Below are positions 29,268-39,920 of a stretch of 64,000 bases of DNA, piece after piece. The notes beneath the pieces were generated by a model. The model was not told where the DNA came from. It ran no database searches and saw only the letters and a program-made list of their open reading frames with translations. Location of the stretch: the NCBI GenBank assembly GCA_965248435.1, contig OZ252100.1, positions 3,872,001-3,936,000 of the forward strand. The letters are read 5' to 3'. Source of the stretch: Candidatus Latescibacterota bacterium (GTDB lineage Bacteria > Latescibacterota > UBA2968 > GCA-2709665). Each line of letters starts with the position of its first letter. Within the stretch, counting starts at the first letter, position 1. A program made the position numbers and the translations under genes.

Positions 29268-30773
29268 ATGAACTTACAGATTCCAGGTTCAGATCTCATC
29301 GTGAACATCGGGACGCGGAAGCAGCTGTTCTTCGACGATTACATCCTTGAAACGACGCGGTGGATCTGTCCGCGGCATTCCGAAACCGGTCGGTTTCTCC
29401 AGCCGCCCGGTCGCAGCACCCGAACCGATCTGGATGGATGGAGCGAAGGGGTGGACCGGATCGAGGGAGACGTGCCGGGACACCTGCTGAGAGCGACGGC
29501 GTTCGTGACCCGGACGGTAAACCAGCCCGAGCGGTATGAAGGCAATCCGATCATGGTGAAGACCGAAACGTGGGAGAAAGACGCCCCGCATCCGTGCAAG
29601 ATCATGTACGACGAGGAGGACGGGATCTGGAAGATGTGGTACCTGGGCCTGAAGGACCACATCACACATCAATATTTTCTGATGTATGCCACATCGAAAG
29701 ACGGGTTCGAATGGGAGAAACCGGACCTGGGGCTGGTGAAGGATGACGCGGGGAACGACACGAACATGATCATCGACGGAAAGTTCACGACCATTTACAA
29801 GGATCTTGAAGCCGACCCTTCCAGGCGCTACAAGATGGGGGGCTCGAGGCGGACGGATGGCGTGCAGCATCCGACGCTTTACCATTCGCCCGACGGTTTT
29901 CACTGGACGCCGGACCCCGGGCCTTTCAGCGACACTCGCGGAGATGAAAACTTCGGATTTATCCACGACCCGGAGAGCAAGAAGTTCATCGCGTTCTGTC
30001 GAAATGTCTATCCCAAACCGATGCTGGTTCACAGGACGGAGCGAAGGGTCTACCGGATGCAGAGCAACGATCTGCTGCACTGGACGATGTCAGAGCCCGT
30101 TATCCAGAAGGACGAACTGGATCCGCCCGACACCGACTTCTACGGCCTGGGATGCATGTTCTACGAGAGCATTTACGTTGGATTCGTGTCGGTCCACCAG
30201 ACCGCGATAGACGACTTTAAGACCTGGCTGGCCTTCAGCAGAGACAGTTTCAACTGGCATCGAATCAGGAGTCGACCGTTCCTTCCACTGGGACCCGAAG
30301 GCGGCTGGGAGTGGGGCATGGTTGGGTGTGGGCCCCCGCACCGGGTGGGAGATGAACTCAGGTTCTACTATTCGGGCAGGGACGGGCTGCACGACCAGCA
30401 GGGCAAGAATACCGGGATCGGGATTGCCAATCTGCGTCTGGACGGGTTCGTGTCGATGGATACGTTCGAGAACAAACATCGAACGAAGAACTACCCGCCG
30501 ATGCTGATGACCAAGCCGCTCTACTCCCCGGGGAATCGACTCGTCGTGAACGCCGATGCGACAGACGGATTCATCGACGCCGAGTTGTTGGACGTGGACG
30601 GGTATCCGATTGAGGGTTACTCGAGCGAGGACTGCGATACGTTCGAGGGAGATAGCCTGGCGCACACGTTTACCTGGAAAGGGAACCCGGATATCGGAGG
30701 GCGCCTTCCTGCCAGAGTTCGATTCACCCTGAATAACACGAAATTGTATGCTTTACAGATTCCTAAGGCGTAG
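29268..30773 (+). CDS. Beta-propeller glycoside-hydrolase-like protein, paralog 2
   Basis: Full-length similarity to paralog 1. Confidence 0.75.
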   Translation: MNLQIPGSDLIVNIGTRKQLFFDDYILETTRWICPRHSETGRFLQPPGRSTRTDLDGWSEGVDRIEGDVPGHLLRATAFVTRTVNQPERYEGNPIMVKTETWEKDAPHPCKIMYDEEDGIWKMWYLGLKDHITHQYFLMYATSKDGFEWEKPDLGLVKDDAGNDTNMIIDGKFTTIYKDLEADPSRRYKMGGSRRTDGVQHPTLYHSPDGFHWTPDPGPFSDTRGDENFGFIHDPESKKFIAFCRNVYPKPMLVHRTERRVYRMQSNDLLHWTMSEPVIQKDELDPPDTDFYGLGCMFYESIYVGFVSVHQTAIDDFKTWLAFSRDSFNWHRIRSRPFLPLGPEGGWEWGMVGCGPPHRVGDELRFYYSGRDGLHDQQGKNTGIGIANLRLDGFVSMDTFENKHRTKNYPPMLMTKPLYSPGNRLVVNADATDGFIDAELLDVDGYPIEGYSSEDCDTFEGDSLAHTFTWKGNPDIGGRLPARVRFTLNNTKLYALQIPKA

Positions 30774-31196
30774 AGAATGGTCACTCAATTGCGGATTGCG
30801 GAATGGGGATTGCGGATTGAAAAGGCTGGATCACGAAAGGGCACGAAAACCCGCGAAGGAAAGTGAGAAATAAGAGTTCTAGGTCATTGAATCACTCCTG
30901 CCGCCCCCTATTTGTCATTCCGAAGCGTCAGCGAGGAATCTCAACAGGCAACGGAACAGCCGTTACTTCGAGACAGGATTTAGTGAGTCCATCACTCTTG
31001 GGATCCCTCGTCGCCCGGCTGCTCAGAGGGTTAAGAAAGCATCTCAAGGACGTGAAGTGGCTCCTCGGGATGACAAATCGGGCACGTTGCTTGTGTATAT
31101 GTTAATGCGTGGTGAATCGCCAATCCGCAATCCGAAATCCCAAATCCGCAATTGGATAGCGGGTCACTCTGTTTCAGTTATAAGGAGTAACGAGCC
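30769..31196. repeat. Second copy of the composite spacer
   Basis: Aligns by eye along its length with 28841-29267. Confidence 0.9.
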
Positions 31197-32714
31197 ATGA
31201 ACTTACAGATCCCAGGTTCAGATCTCATCGTGAACGTCGGCACGCGCAAGCAGATGTTCTTCGACGACTATATCTTGGAAACCACGCGGTGGATTTGTCC
31301 GCGGCACTCCGAAACCGGTCGGTTTCTCCAGCCGCCCGGACGCAGCACCCGTACAGATCTGGACGGATGGAGCGAAGGGGTGGACCGGATCGAGGAAGAC
31401 GTGCCAGGCCACCTTCTCAGGGCGACGGCGTTCGTGACCCGGACCGTGAATCAACCGGATCGGTACGAGGGCAACCCGATCATGGTGAAGACCGAACCGT
31501 GGGAGAAGGACGCGCCGCATCCGTGCAAGATCATGTACGATGAGGAGGACGGGATCTGGAAGATGTGGTATCTCGGCGTGAGTGCTGTCAGCACGAAGGA
31601 GTATTATGACTGGTACTTCCTGATGTATGCCACGTCGAAAGACGGATTCGAATGGGAGAAGCCGAAGCTGGGGCTGGTGAAAGACGACGATGGGAATGAC
31701 ACGAACATGATCATAAACGGCAAATTTACGACCATCTACAAGGACCCGGAAGCCGATCCGTCCAGACGCTACAAGATGGGAGGCTCGAGAAAAACAGAAG
31801 GTGTGCAGCATCCCACGCTCTACTATTCGCCCGACGGCTTCCACTGGACGCCGGACCCGGGGCCTTTCAGTGAGACTCGCGGCGATGAAAACTTCGGGTT
31901 TATCCACGATCCGGAGAGCAAGAAGTTTATCGCGGTCTGTAGGAATATCTATCCGAAGCCGATGCTGGTTCCCAGGATAGAGCGAAGGACCTACCGGATG
32001 CAGAGCAACGACCTGCTCCACTGGACGATGTCAGAGCAGATCATCCAGAAGGACGAACTGGACCCGCCAGACACCGACTTCTACGGCCTGGGATTCGCGT
32101 TCTACGAGAGCATTTACGTCGGATTCGTGTCAGTCCACCACACCGCAAGAGACGACTTTCAGACCTGGCTGGCCTACAGCAGAGACAGCTTCAACTGGCA
32201 TCGACTCAGGAGCCGACCGTTCCTGCCCCTGGGACCAGAAGGCAGCTGGGAGTGGGGCATGGTGGGGTGCGGGCCCCCGCACCGGGTGGGGGATGAGCTC
32301 CGGTTCTACTATTCAGGGCGGGACGGGCTGCACGACCAGCAGGGTAAGAATACCGGGATCGGGATTGCCGACCTGCGCCTGGACGGGTTCGTGTCGATGG
32401 ATACGTTCGAGAACAAACATCGAACGAAGAACTACCCGCCGACGCTGATGACCAAGCCGCTCTACTCCCCGGGGAATCGACTCGTCGTGAACGCGGATGC
32501 GAGGGACGGATTTATCGACGCCGAGCTGCTGGACGTGGACGGGTATCCGATAGAGGGTTACTCGAAGGAGGACTGCGATACGTTCGAGGGGGACAGCCTG
32601 GCGCACACGTTTACCTGGAAAGGGAATCCGGATATCGGAGGGCGCCTTCCGGCCCGAGTTCGATTTACCCTGAATAACACGAAGCTGTATGCGCTGCAGA
32701 TTCCCAAAGCGTAA
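31197..32714 (+). CDS. Beta-propeller glycoside-hydrolase-like protein, paralog 3
   Basis: Very close to paralog 2. Confidence 0.75.
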   Translation: MNLQIPGSDLIVNVGTRKQMFFDDYILETTRWICPRHSETGRFLQPPGRSTRTDLDGWSEGVDRIEEDVPGHLLRATAFVTRTVNQPDRYEGNPIMVKTEPWEKDAPHPCKIMYDEEDGIWKMWYLGVSAVSTKEYYDWYFLMYATSKDGFEWEKPKLGLVKDDDGNDTNMIINGKFTTIYKDPEADPSRRYKMGGSRKTEGVQHPTLYYSPDGFHWTPDPGPFSETRGDENFGFIHDPESKKFIAVCRNIYPKPMLVPRIERRTYRMQSNDLLHWTMSEQIIQKDELDPPDTDFYGLGFAFYESIYVGFVSVHHTARDDFQTWLAYSRDSFNWHRLRSRPFLPLGPEGSWEWGMVGCGPPHRVGDELRFYYSGRDGLHDQQGKNTGIGIADLRLDGFVSMDTFENKHRTKNYPPTLMTKPLYSPGNRLVVNADARDGFIDAELLDVDGYPIEGYSKEDCDTFEGDSLAHTFTWKGNPDIGGRLPARVRFTLNNTKLYALQIPKA

Positions 32715-32742
32715 TGCCGTGGATCGAAAAATCAAAACACGG

Positions 32743-32860
32743 GCCCTCACCCTGCCTCGCTTCGCTCGGCATCCCTCTCCCATATATGGGAGAGGGAAAA
32801 AGCATCTTGCTATACCCTCTCCCCTCTCCCACGTGTGGGAGAGGGGCCGGGGGTGAGGGC
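32743..32860. repeat. CCCTCACCC..CCCTCTCCC/GGGAGAGGG..GGGTGAGGG palindromic element
   Basis: Copies at 48253-48395 and 50240-50360. Confidence 0.88.
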
Positions 32861-32950
32861 CTTAAGCCTATGAATTTTCGAACCCCGGTACGTGGTTCCC
32901 GGTACCCGAAATCAGGTACAGATCCCTCGATTCTGATGATAAGGAGCATG

Positions 32951-34690
32951 ATGTTAAGCGATCTGGAAATCGCCCAGGCGGCAAAGCTGAAGCCGATTGC
33001 CGATGTTGCGGGTGATCTGGGGCTGAACGAAGAGGACCTGGATTTATACGGAAAGTACAAGGCCAAGGTCCACCTGGATGTCCTGAACCGGCACTGCGAC
33101 CGTCCGAACGGGAAGTACGTCTTTGTCACGGGGATTACGCCGACGCCGCTGGGTGAGGGCAAGACCGTCACGACGGTCGGGTTGAGCCAGGGGCTGAATG
33201 CCATCGGCAAGCGGGTGATCACCTGCCTTCGCCAGCCCTCGCTCGGGCCCACCTTCGGGTTTAAGGGGGGCGCTGCTGGAGGGGGCTACGCGCAGGTGGT
33301 CCCGATGGAGGAGTTCAACCTCCACCTGACCGGGGACGTGCACGCGGTGGGGGCAGCCCACAACCTGCTGGCCGCGGCCGTCGATGCCCGAATTCTTCAC
33401 GAAAATCGACTGAGTGATCAGCGCCTTTCGAAGCTGGGTCTTCGTCGCCTGAACCTGGACCCCTACAGCGTCTCGTGGAAGCGCGTGGTTGATGTGAACG
33501 ACCGGTCGCTACGGGATATCGTCCTGGGGCTTGGCGGTGAAGAAAACGGCCGCCCGCGGGAGACCGGATTCGAGATCACGGCGGCCTCGGAGGTGATGGC
33601 CATCCTGGCACTGGCGAGCGATCTGCAAGACCTCCGAGAGCGACTGGGACGCATCGTCGTGGGCTCCGACAGGACGGGTCGGCCGGTGACCGCGGAGGAC
33701 CTGGAGGTCGCGGGGGCGATGGCTGTCCTCATGAAGGACGCGATGATGCCCAATCTGATGCAGACGCTGGAACAGACGCCGGTCTTCGTGCACGCGGGGC
33801 CGTTCGGCAACATCGCCCACGGCAACAGCTCGATTATCGCGGACCGGATCGGTCTGAAGCTGGTGTCGGATGGTTACCTGGTGACGGAGAGCGGATTCGG
33901 GGCGGATTGCGGCGCCGAGAAGTTCTGCGACATCAAGTGCCGTTGTTCAGGCCTCGCGCCGGACTGCGCCGTTCTCGTGGCCTCCGTTCGGGCCTTGAAG
34001 ATGCACGGCGGGGGCCCGAGTGTGGTTCCCGGCCGGGCACTGAAGCCGGTCTACCGAAGGGAGAACCTGGAGCTTCTGGACAAGGGCATCATGAACCTGG
34101 AGGCGAACATCGGAATCGTCAGGCGATTCGGCATCCCCGTGGTTGTCGCGGTGAACCGGTTTCCCACGGATACCGATGCAGAGCTCGAGCTTGTGAAACG
34201 GGCGGCGATCCAGGCCGGGGCGGAGGACGCCTGCGTGAGCGAGGTGTGGGCTCTCGGGGGCTCAGGTGGACGGGAGCTGGCCGAGGCCGTCGCGGCAGCG
34301 TGCGAGAAGGCATCGAACTTCCGGTTCCTGTATCCCCTGCACGCGCCGATCCGGGAGAAGATCGAGACGATCGCGACGAAGCTCTATGGGGCTTCTGAGG
34401 TGGAGTTTCTGCCCCTGACCCAGGAAAAGATCGACCGGTATGAAAAACTGGGCTACGGCGGGCTGGCGATCAACATGGCCAAGACGCCGTTGTCGCTTTC
34501 GCACGACCCGCACTTAAAGGGTACCCCGAAAGGCTACACGCTTCCGGTGAGGGACATCCGCGCCTCGATCGGCGCCGGGTTCCTGTATCCGCTGTGTGGT
34601 AAGGTAGAGACCATGCCGGGGATGCCCTCATCGCCCGCCTTCAGGCAGGTGGACCTGGATGAGGAGGGTAAGATCGTAGGCCTGTTTTAG
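32951..34690 (+). CDS. fhs: Formate--tetrahydrofolate ligase
   Basis: TPTPLGEGKT, KGGAAGGGYAQV, HAGPFGNIAHG, TESGFGAD, MAKT; the ORF-track N-terminal extension is repeat DNA. Confidence 0.97.
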   Translation: MLSDLEIAQAAKLKPIADVAGDLGLNEEDLDLYGKYKAKVHLDVLNRHCDRPNGKYVFVTGITPTPLGEGKTVTTVGLSQGLNAIGKRVITCLRQPSLGPTFGFKGGAAGGGYAQVVPMEEFNLHLTGDVHAVGAAHNLLAAAVDARILHENRLSDQRLSKLGLRRLNLDPYSVSWKRVVDVNDRSLRDIVLGLGGEENGRPRETGFEITAASEVMAILALASDLQDLRERLGRIVVGSDRTGRPVTAEDLEVAGAMAVLMKDAMMPNLMQTLEQTPVFVHAGPFGNIAHGNSSIIADRIGLKLVSDGYLVTESGFGADCGAEKFCDIKCRCSGLAPDCAVLVASVRALKMHGGGPSVVPGRALKPVYRRENLELLDKGIMNLEANIGIVRRFGIPVVVAVNRFPTDTDAELELVKRAAIQAGAEDACVSEVWALGGSGGRELAEAVAAACEKASNFRFLYPLHAPIREKIETIATKLYGASEVEFLPLTQEKIDRYEKLGYGGLAINMAKTPLSLSHDPHLKGTPKGYTLPVRDIRASIGAGFLYPLCGKVETMPGMPSSPAFRQVDLDEEGKIVGLF

Positions 34691-34936
34691 AGGCCGGGTA
34701 CCGGGAAAGCAAAACACGGGTACCGGGTGCCGCAAAAGAACGGGTCACCGAATCGCGGATTGCAGATTTCGGAATGAAAAGCAGAATCGATTGAGGCAAG
34801 TAAATTACGAAACGAATAATCAATCGCGAATCCGGAACTGAATTTTCGATCCCCGGACCCCGGTACCCGGTACCCGGTACCCGGTACCCGAAATCGGGAA
34901 GCAGGCTACATGATGATGGGGATGAGGGAGCCAGCG

Positions 34937-37420
34937 ATGTCGAACATATATAATGTAAGAGAGTTCGGCGCGAAGGGCGACGGCACAACGTTGGATACGG
35001 AGGCGATCCAGAGGGCGATCGACGGCTGTTCCGAAAGTGGCGGCGGCGTGGTCACCTTTCCTCCAGGGACCTATTTGTCCGGCACCTTCTTCCTGAAGAG
35101 TCACGTGAAGATGGAGATCGGTCAGGGTGCCGTTCTTCTTGGAAGTAAGGATCTCTCGGACTACGTGAAGACGGAACCGGGCGCATTCTGCCGAAAGCAC
35201 GGGTTCATTCGTGCGATGAACGTCCGGAACGTTACGGTGTGCGGACCTGGAGTGATCGACGCCGCCATGGTGCTCGAAGAAGACGGCAATCACGGTCCGA
35301 TGTCCGTTGCGTTCGAATACTGCCGGGACGTCACGTTTCAGGACATCACGCTGGATCGCTCGCCGGGATGGGGGTTCTGGTTCCTGGAGTGCGAAAATCT
35401 CAGGCTTCTGGGCGTCAAGGTCCTGGACTCCGCGGGTGCGGGAACGACGATCGTGAACTGCCGACGGGTGCTCTACGACGGCTGCGTGATCGACGGTACG
35501 TTCGACGATCCGATCGTGATCAAGAACGAGCCCAGGCCGGAGAATCCCGGGAACCCCGACATCAGGACAGAGGATGTGATCGTATCGAACACGGTGGTCC
35601 GAAACTCGTCCCACCCGGCGGTCAAGATCGGGACGCAGACGGCCGGACTGTTTCGGAACATCCTCGTATCGAACTGCATCTTCACCGACGTCCGGACCGT
35701 GTTTCAGATCGCTCTCATGCGGAATAAGGTGAAGGAGACGAAGCAGCGCCTTATCGAGAACGTCTCCTTTTCGAACGTGATTGCGCGGAACGTGGGGGAC
35801 GTCTTCGATATCCAGACGAGTGGGGTGGATGAAGCGGCCGTATCCGATCTCGTGTTCGACAACCTCCTTGTATCCGGGATGGAGCGGCCCTCGATCATCC
35901 AGGGCTACGCTCACGTCCCGATTCGAAACGTGACGATCAAGAATTCTCGATTTGTCCACTCTCGGAAGAGCTTGACGAAGTGGCTTTCCACGGATCACAC
36001 GGAGCACCTCACGATTCGAGACGTGGATTTCGAACTCCGGGAGCCTCTGGACAGGCTCGTGGAGATGGAGCACGCAGACGGGTTCACGTGGGACAACGTG
36101 TCCGTCCGGGGAGAAAAGGTGGGTGACAGCGTGATCACGATGCGCGATTCCGGCAGCGCCGAGATCCGGAACTGTATTGCAAAACATTGTGACAGATATG
36201 TGACGGTGGAAGGGGGGATGGAGGAGATCCGCTATCATAACAATGATATGGATGGTATCACCGACCCCCTCGTGGCCGATTCGGCATTGAAGAAGACACG
36301 TCCGCTGACGGATTCCGTAGCGTCTTCTATCCGGGAGATGGATCGAGAGATCGACCCCGGCGAGCGGCCGACGATCGAGGTCGGTCTGAACAATCGGGGG
36401 ACCGCAGCCGCCTTTCTGGCTAAGGCGACTGGAGACGGGGAGGTACTGGGTGGTCGTTGGGTCTTCCTGCGTCCGAAGGAGAAGAGAACGGCGAAGTTCG
36501 AGACACAGCCGATCTACCGATCGGGGCGACACGAGATGGATGTCGCCGGCGTGCAGGAGACGGTGACCGTTCGCGAGGTGCCGTGCACGCTCGATTATCC
36601 CGGGCCCTTCGAGTTGTGGATTGAAGAAGGTAAGCCTGAGGCGGCCTGGGTGAAGGTTCCGGTCCAGAACATCGGGGGGCAGCCCGGCACGGCCGAGGTG
36701 ACGCTGGATGCAGCGGGACACAAGATAAAGAAGGAGATCCCGCTGGAACCGGGCGAGTCGTCGTTCGTGACCTTCGATGACTTCACAGGCACAGCTTCTC
36801 TTCTTCCGCTCAAAGTCGGCGATTATCCCGCTCTGACGCACTATACGTATACAAACACGGAGGGGCGGTTCTTCTACCACCATGACGGCCGAATCGAGAT
36901 CCACGCCGGCGGCGAGCGTGGAACGTTCGAACAGCACGCCGTGGTCTACCTCCCGCAGATTGCGGGCGATTACACGGCCGTCTGCCGCATCCACCACCAG
37001 GACACTCACACAGGTGAATACGCGAGCGTGGGACTGGTCGCTCGAAACGGGATGGCGGACGATGGCTCTGCGGGTCACGCGAAGTATCATCGCGTGATCA
37101 AGTACGGTGGGTTCATGAATTTTAGGGCTGACCGAGACGGGGATGGGAAACTTGACACGGGTGGCGGCGGCGGCGGGGGAGGCATCCCGGTTTGGCTGAA
37201 GCTGGAGAAGCGAGGGAAGGATTTCTGGGCCTACAACAGCCGGGACGGGAAGGAATGGGTGGAGAATCAGGCGCTGAAGGGGGGCAAGCGAAAGATGCTC
37301 AGGAACCATCACGTCCTGGACAACGTGGCTGACACACAGGATGTCGGCGTTTTCGGGCTGTCCTACGGCGACGGGATCTCCAGAGTGATTGTGGGAGACT
37401 TTAGCGTTACTCAGGCCTGA
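34937..37420 (+). CDS. GH28-like/pectin-lyase-fold beta-helix protein with C-terminal Ig-like and lectin-like domains, copy 1
   Basis: YNVREFGAKGDGTTLDTEAIQRAID..GGGVVTFPPGTYL, DDPIVIK, VKIGT. Confidence 0.8.
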   Translation: MSNIYNVREFGAKGDGTTLDTEAIQRAIDGCSESGGGVVTFPPGTYLSGTFFLKSHVKMEIGQGAVLLGSKDLSDYVKTEPGAFCRKHGFIRAMNVRNVTVCGPGVIDAAMVLEEDGNHGPMSVAFEYCRDVTFQDITLDRSPGWGFWFLECENLRLLGVKVLDSAGAGTTIVNCRRVLYDGCVIDGTFDDPIVIKNEPRPENPGNPDIRTEDVIVSNTVVRNSSHPAVKIGTQTAGLFRNILVSNCIFTDVRTVFQIALMRNKVKETKQRLIENVSFSNVIARNVGDVFDIQTSGVDEAAVSDLVFDNLLVSGMERPSIIQGYAHVPIRNVTIKNSRFVHSRKSLTKWLSTDHTEHLTIRDVDFELREPLDRLVEMEHADGFTWDNVSVRGEKVGDSVITMRDSGSAEIRNCIAKHCDRYVTVEGGMEEIRYHNNDMDGITDPLVADSALKKTRPLTDSVASSIREMDREIDPGERPTIEVGLNNRGTAAAFLAKATGDGEVLGGRWVFLRPKEKRTAKFETQPIYRSGRHEMDVAGVQETVTVREVPCTLDYPGPFELWIEEGKPEAAWVKVPVQNIGGQPGTAEVTLDAAGHKIKKEIPLEPGESSFVTFDDFTGTASLLPLKVGDYPALTHYTYTNTEGRFFYHHDGRIEIHAGGERGTFEQHAVVYLPQIAGDYTAVCRIHHQDTHTGEYASVGLVARNGMADDGSAGHAKYHRVIKYGGFMNFRADRDGDGKLDTGGGGGGGGIPVWLKLEKRGKDFWAYNSRDGKEWVENQALKGGKRKMLRNHHVLDNVADTQDVGVFGLSYGDGISRVIVGDFSVTQA

Positions 37421-37635
37421 TAGCGGGTACCGGGAAATCAAAAACACGGGTACCGGGTACCGTAAAACCGTGGATCGCGGATCGTGAATCGTGGATCGGA
37501 AAGCGGCCAGATAGAACGCGGCCGTGCATCTGGTAGGAGCCGCCTCCCGGCGGCGAATCTTCACGTGGTAATCGTGTTGGTGATGGTTCGAACCCCGGTA
37601 CCCTGTACCCGGTACCCGGAATTCAGTGATGCGAA

Positions 37636-39609
37636 ATGGAATCTAGCGCTGCATATCGAATAGCAGAGACTGAGATAGAGACCGCGCCGGCGCATCCTCC
37701 TGAACGGGTGACGGGCCGGGCCTTCCTGCTCGGGCTGGCGACGATCGTGGCCATGTGCCTGTTCGCCGAGCATTACGGGCGAGGGCTCGTGCGGGTGTTT
37801 ATGCCGACGACCTGCCTGCTCGTGCTCGTGTTCTGGACCCTTCTGAATATTCTGCTGAAGGCCGTGCAGCCGCGCTGGGCGCTGTCGCGGATCGAGGTGC
37901 TTACGATCTTCGGGATGACCTGGCTGGTGGGGACGCTGCCGGGAATCGGGCTGATAGGCAGTCTGTTCAGACAGATCGCGGCACCGTCCTACTTTTCCAC
38001 GCCGGAGGATCGGTTCTGGGAGGTCGTGGGCCCCTACCTTCCGATGCATCTGTTTTTCGAAGAGCGGCATCCGGCCGTGGAGGGCTACTACCTGGGAGTG
38101 GGTCCCGGCGAGTCGATTCCCTGGCTGGCGTGGGTCAGGCCGGTCTTCTGGTGGTTTTCCGGGACGGTCTCCCTGGTGATGACAGGATTCTTCGGGAGCG
38201 TGCTGTTCTACAGGCAGTGGTCCGATCACGAGCGCCTGACTTTCCCTCTGTCCACCTTTCCGGCCGACCTCCTGGAGACGTCAGAGGGCAGCCGGGTACC
38301 GGACGCCATCAGGACAAAGGCCTTCTGGGCGGGGTTCGCGCTGGTGGGCGGTATCTACGCCTGGAACATCGCGGGCTACTTCATCCTGGACATGCCCAGG
38401 ATCACGATCTTCGATAGTGCCGGAAAAGCGATCGATCTCGGAAATTATTTTCCCCCGCTCCATACCTTTGTCTCTCCGTTGTTCATCGGACTGTCCTACC
38501 TCTGTCCGCTCAACATCCTGTTGAGCTTCTGGGTCTACTACTTATGGCGCATTACCAAGCTCGGGTTGATGAGCCGGATCGGGTTTACGGTGGGCCTCGC
38601 GGGACAGTCGATCGGACCGTTCGAGACCGTGATACTGGAGGAGCACGGCGCGCTGACCTTCCTGGTGGCCTGGTCGGTATGGGTTGCCCGGGGCCACTTG
38701 AAAGCATCTTTCCGAAAGGCGTTTCGGGAGCCGGAGCGGGATGACGGCGTGCCGATCCGCTATCGCACGGCGTGGCTGGGATTCCTTTGTGCGACCTGTT
38801 TCGTGTTCGGCTGGCTCGTGTCGGCGGGCTACTCACCGCACATCGCGATCATCCAGCTTTTGCTTTACTTCGTTGTCTATTTCGGGCTGGCGAAGTATGC
38901 CGCCGCGACCGGTTTCGTCTGGCTGCGAACGCCGGGTCGAACGGGCTGGAAGATCCTGAGGGCGGTTGCGGGCAGCCGGCACCTGTCGCAGGGCGATCTC
39001 GTCGGCCTCGTTATCGGGGATTCAAGCGGCCTTGCGTCCGGGTTTGCCCGACCGCTGGCGATCCCGGCGATTGTCCACGTCTTTCGCATGATCGGGAATG
39101 CCCTTCAGCGTCGTCCCCTGGTGTGGGGGCTCCTGCCCGCGGCACTTCTCGTGGGATACGTCGCCCAGTGCTCTTTCCACCTGAATCTGAGTTACACACA
39201 GGGGGCGGTGAACGTCGGAGGTACATCGGTCGGTCACCACTTCCTCGGCCTGGTCGGCGACATCGAAGCGACCAGCCCGCCAGGATTCGATCTCCAGAAG
39301 CTGCTGGTCTGGATCATCGGAGCGGCGGAGGCCGCTTTCCTGGGCTTTCTGGGGACACGGTTCACGGGCTGGCCCTTTCACCCGATCGCGCTGGCCTTTC
39401 CGAATGTCCTGGGATTCAATGTCTTTCTGGTCTGGCTGAGTAAGACCATCATCATCCGGCTCGGGGGCGTGGCCCTCTTCCAGCGCTCGAAACCGTTCTA
39501 TTATGCGCTGATTGTCGCCTGGCTGGTCATGCTCAGCGTCTCTACCGTAGTGGACATCATCTGGTTTCCAACGGTCAAGGGATACGGGACGATGCATAGC
39601 TTTAGATAG
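37636..39609 (+). CDS. DUF6785/DUF6784-like polytopic membrane protein (putative transporter), copy 1
   Basis: Many TM segments; RQWSDHERLTFPL, WPFHPI. Confidence 0.75.
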   Translation: MESSAAYRIAETEIETAPAHPPERVTGRAFLLGLATIVAMCLFAEHYGRGLVRVFMPTTCLLVLVFWTLLNILLKAVQPRWALSRIEVLTIFGMTWLVGTLPGIGLIGSLFRQIAAPSYFSTPEDRFWEVVGPYLPMHLFFEERHPAVEGYYLGVGPGESIPWLAWVRPVFWWFSGTVSLVMTGFFGSVLFYRQWSDHERLTFPLSTFPADLLETSEGSRVPDAIRTKAFWAGFALVGGIYAWNIAGYFILDMPRITIFDSAGKAIDLGNYFPPLHTFVSPLFIGLSYLCPLNILLSFWVYYLWRITKLGLMSRIGFTVGLAGQSIGPFETVILEEHGALTFLVAWSVWVARGHLKASFRKAFREPERDDGVPIRYRTAWLGFLCATCFVFGWLVSAGYSPHIAIIQLLLYFVVYFGLAKYAAATGFVWLRTPGRTGWKILRAVAGSRHLSQGDLVGLVIGDSSGLASGFARPLAIPAIVHVFRMIGNALQRRPLVWGLLPAALLVGYVAQCSFHLNLSYTQGAVNVGGTSVGHHFLGLVGDIEATSPPGFDLQKLLVWIIGAAEAAFLGFLGTRFTGWPFHPIALAFPNVLGFNVFLVWLSKTIIIRLGGVALFQRSKPFYYALIVAWLVMLSVSTVVDIIWFPTVKGYGTMHSFR

Positions 39610-39920
39610 GGGCGTCATTCAATTGCGGATTGCGGAATGGAAGACCGGGTATCGGGAAAGCAAAACACGGGTACCGGGTACCGTAGAATCTGTATCTCAC
39701 GAATACTGCAATAGTGGAGACCGTTCGTCTCGCCTGTCCCGAGCTTGTCGAGGGGAGTGCCCCGAGCCCTTCAAAACGTTTTAGTTCTCAGAGGGCGAGG
39801 GGTTTATCGAGAGACAAGGATCGCCGAATGGGTGGTGTCGGCTGGCCTGGCCCCTCGATACACCCGCGAGATTATTCGGCCTTGGGAAAACAAAACCTTC
39901 ACCCTTAAAGGAGTTCCATC

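Noticed and set aside
34820-37564. 914-aa antisense ORF and similar long antisense ORFs
   Set aside because: Shadows of GC-rich plus-strand genes with no motifs
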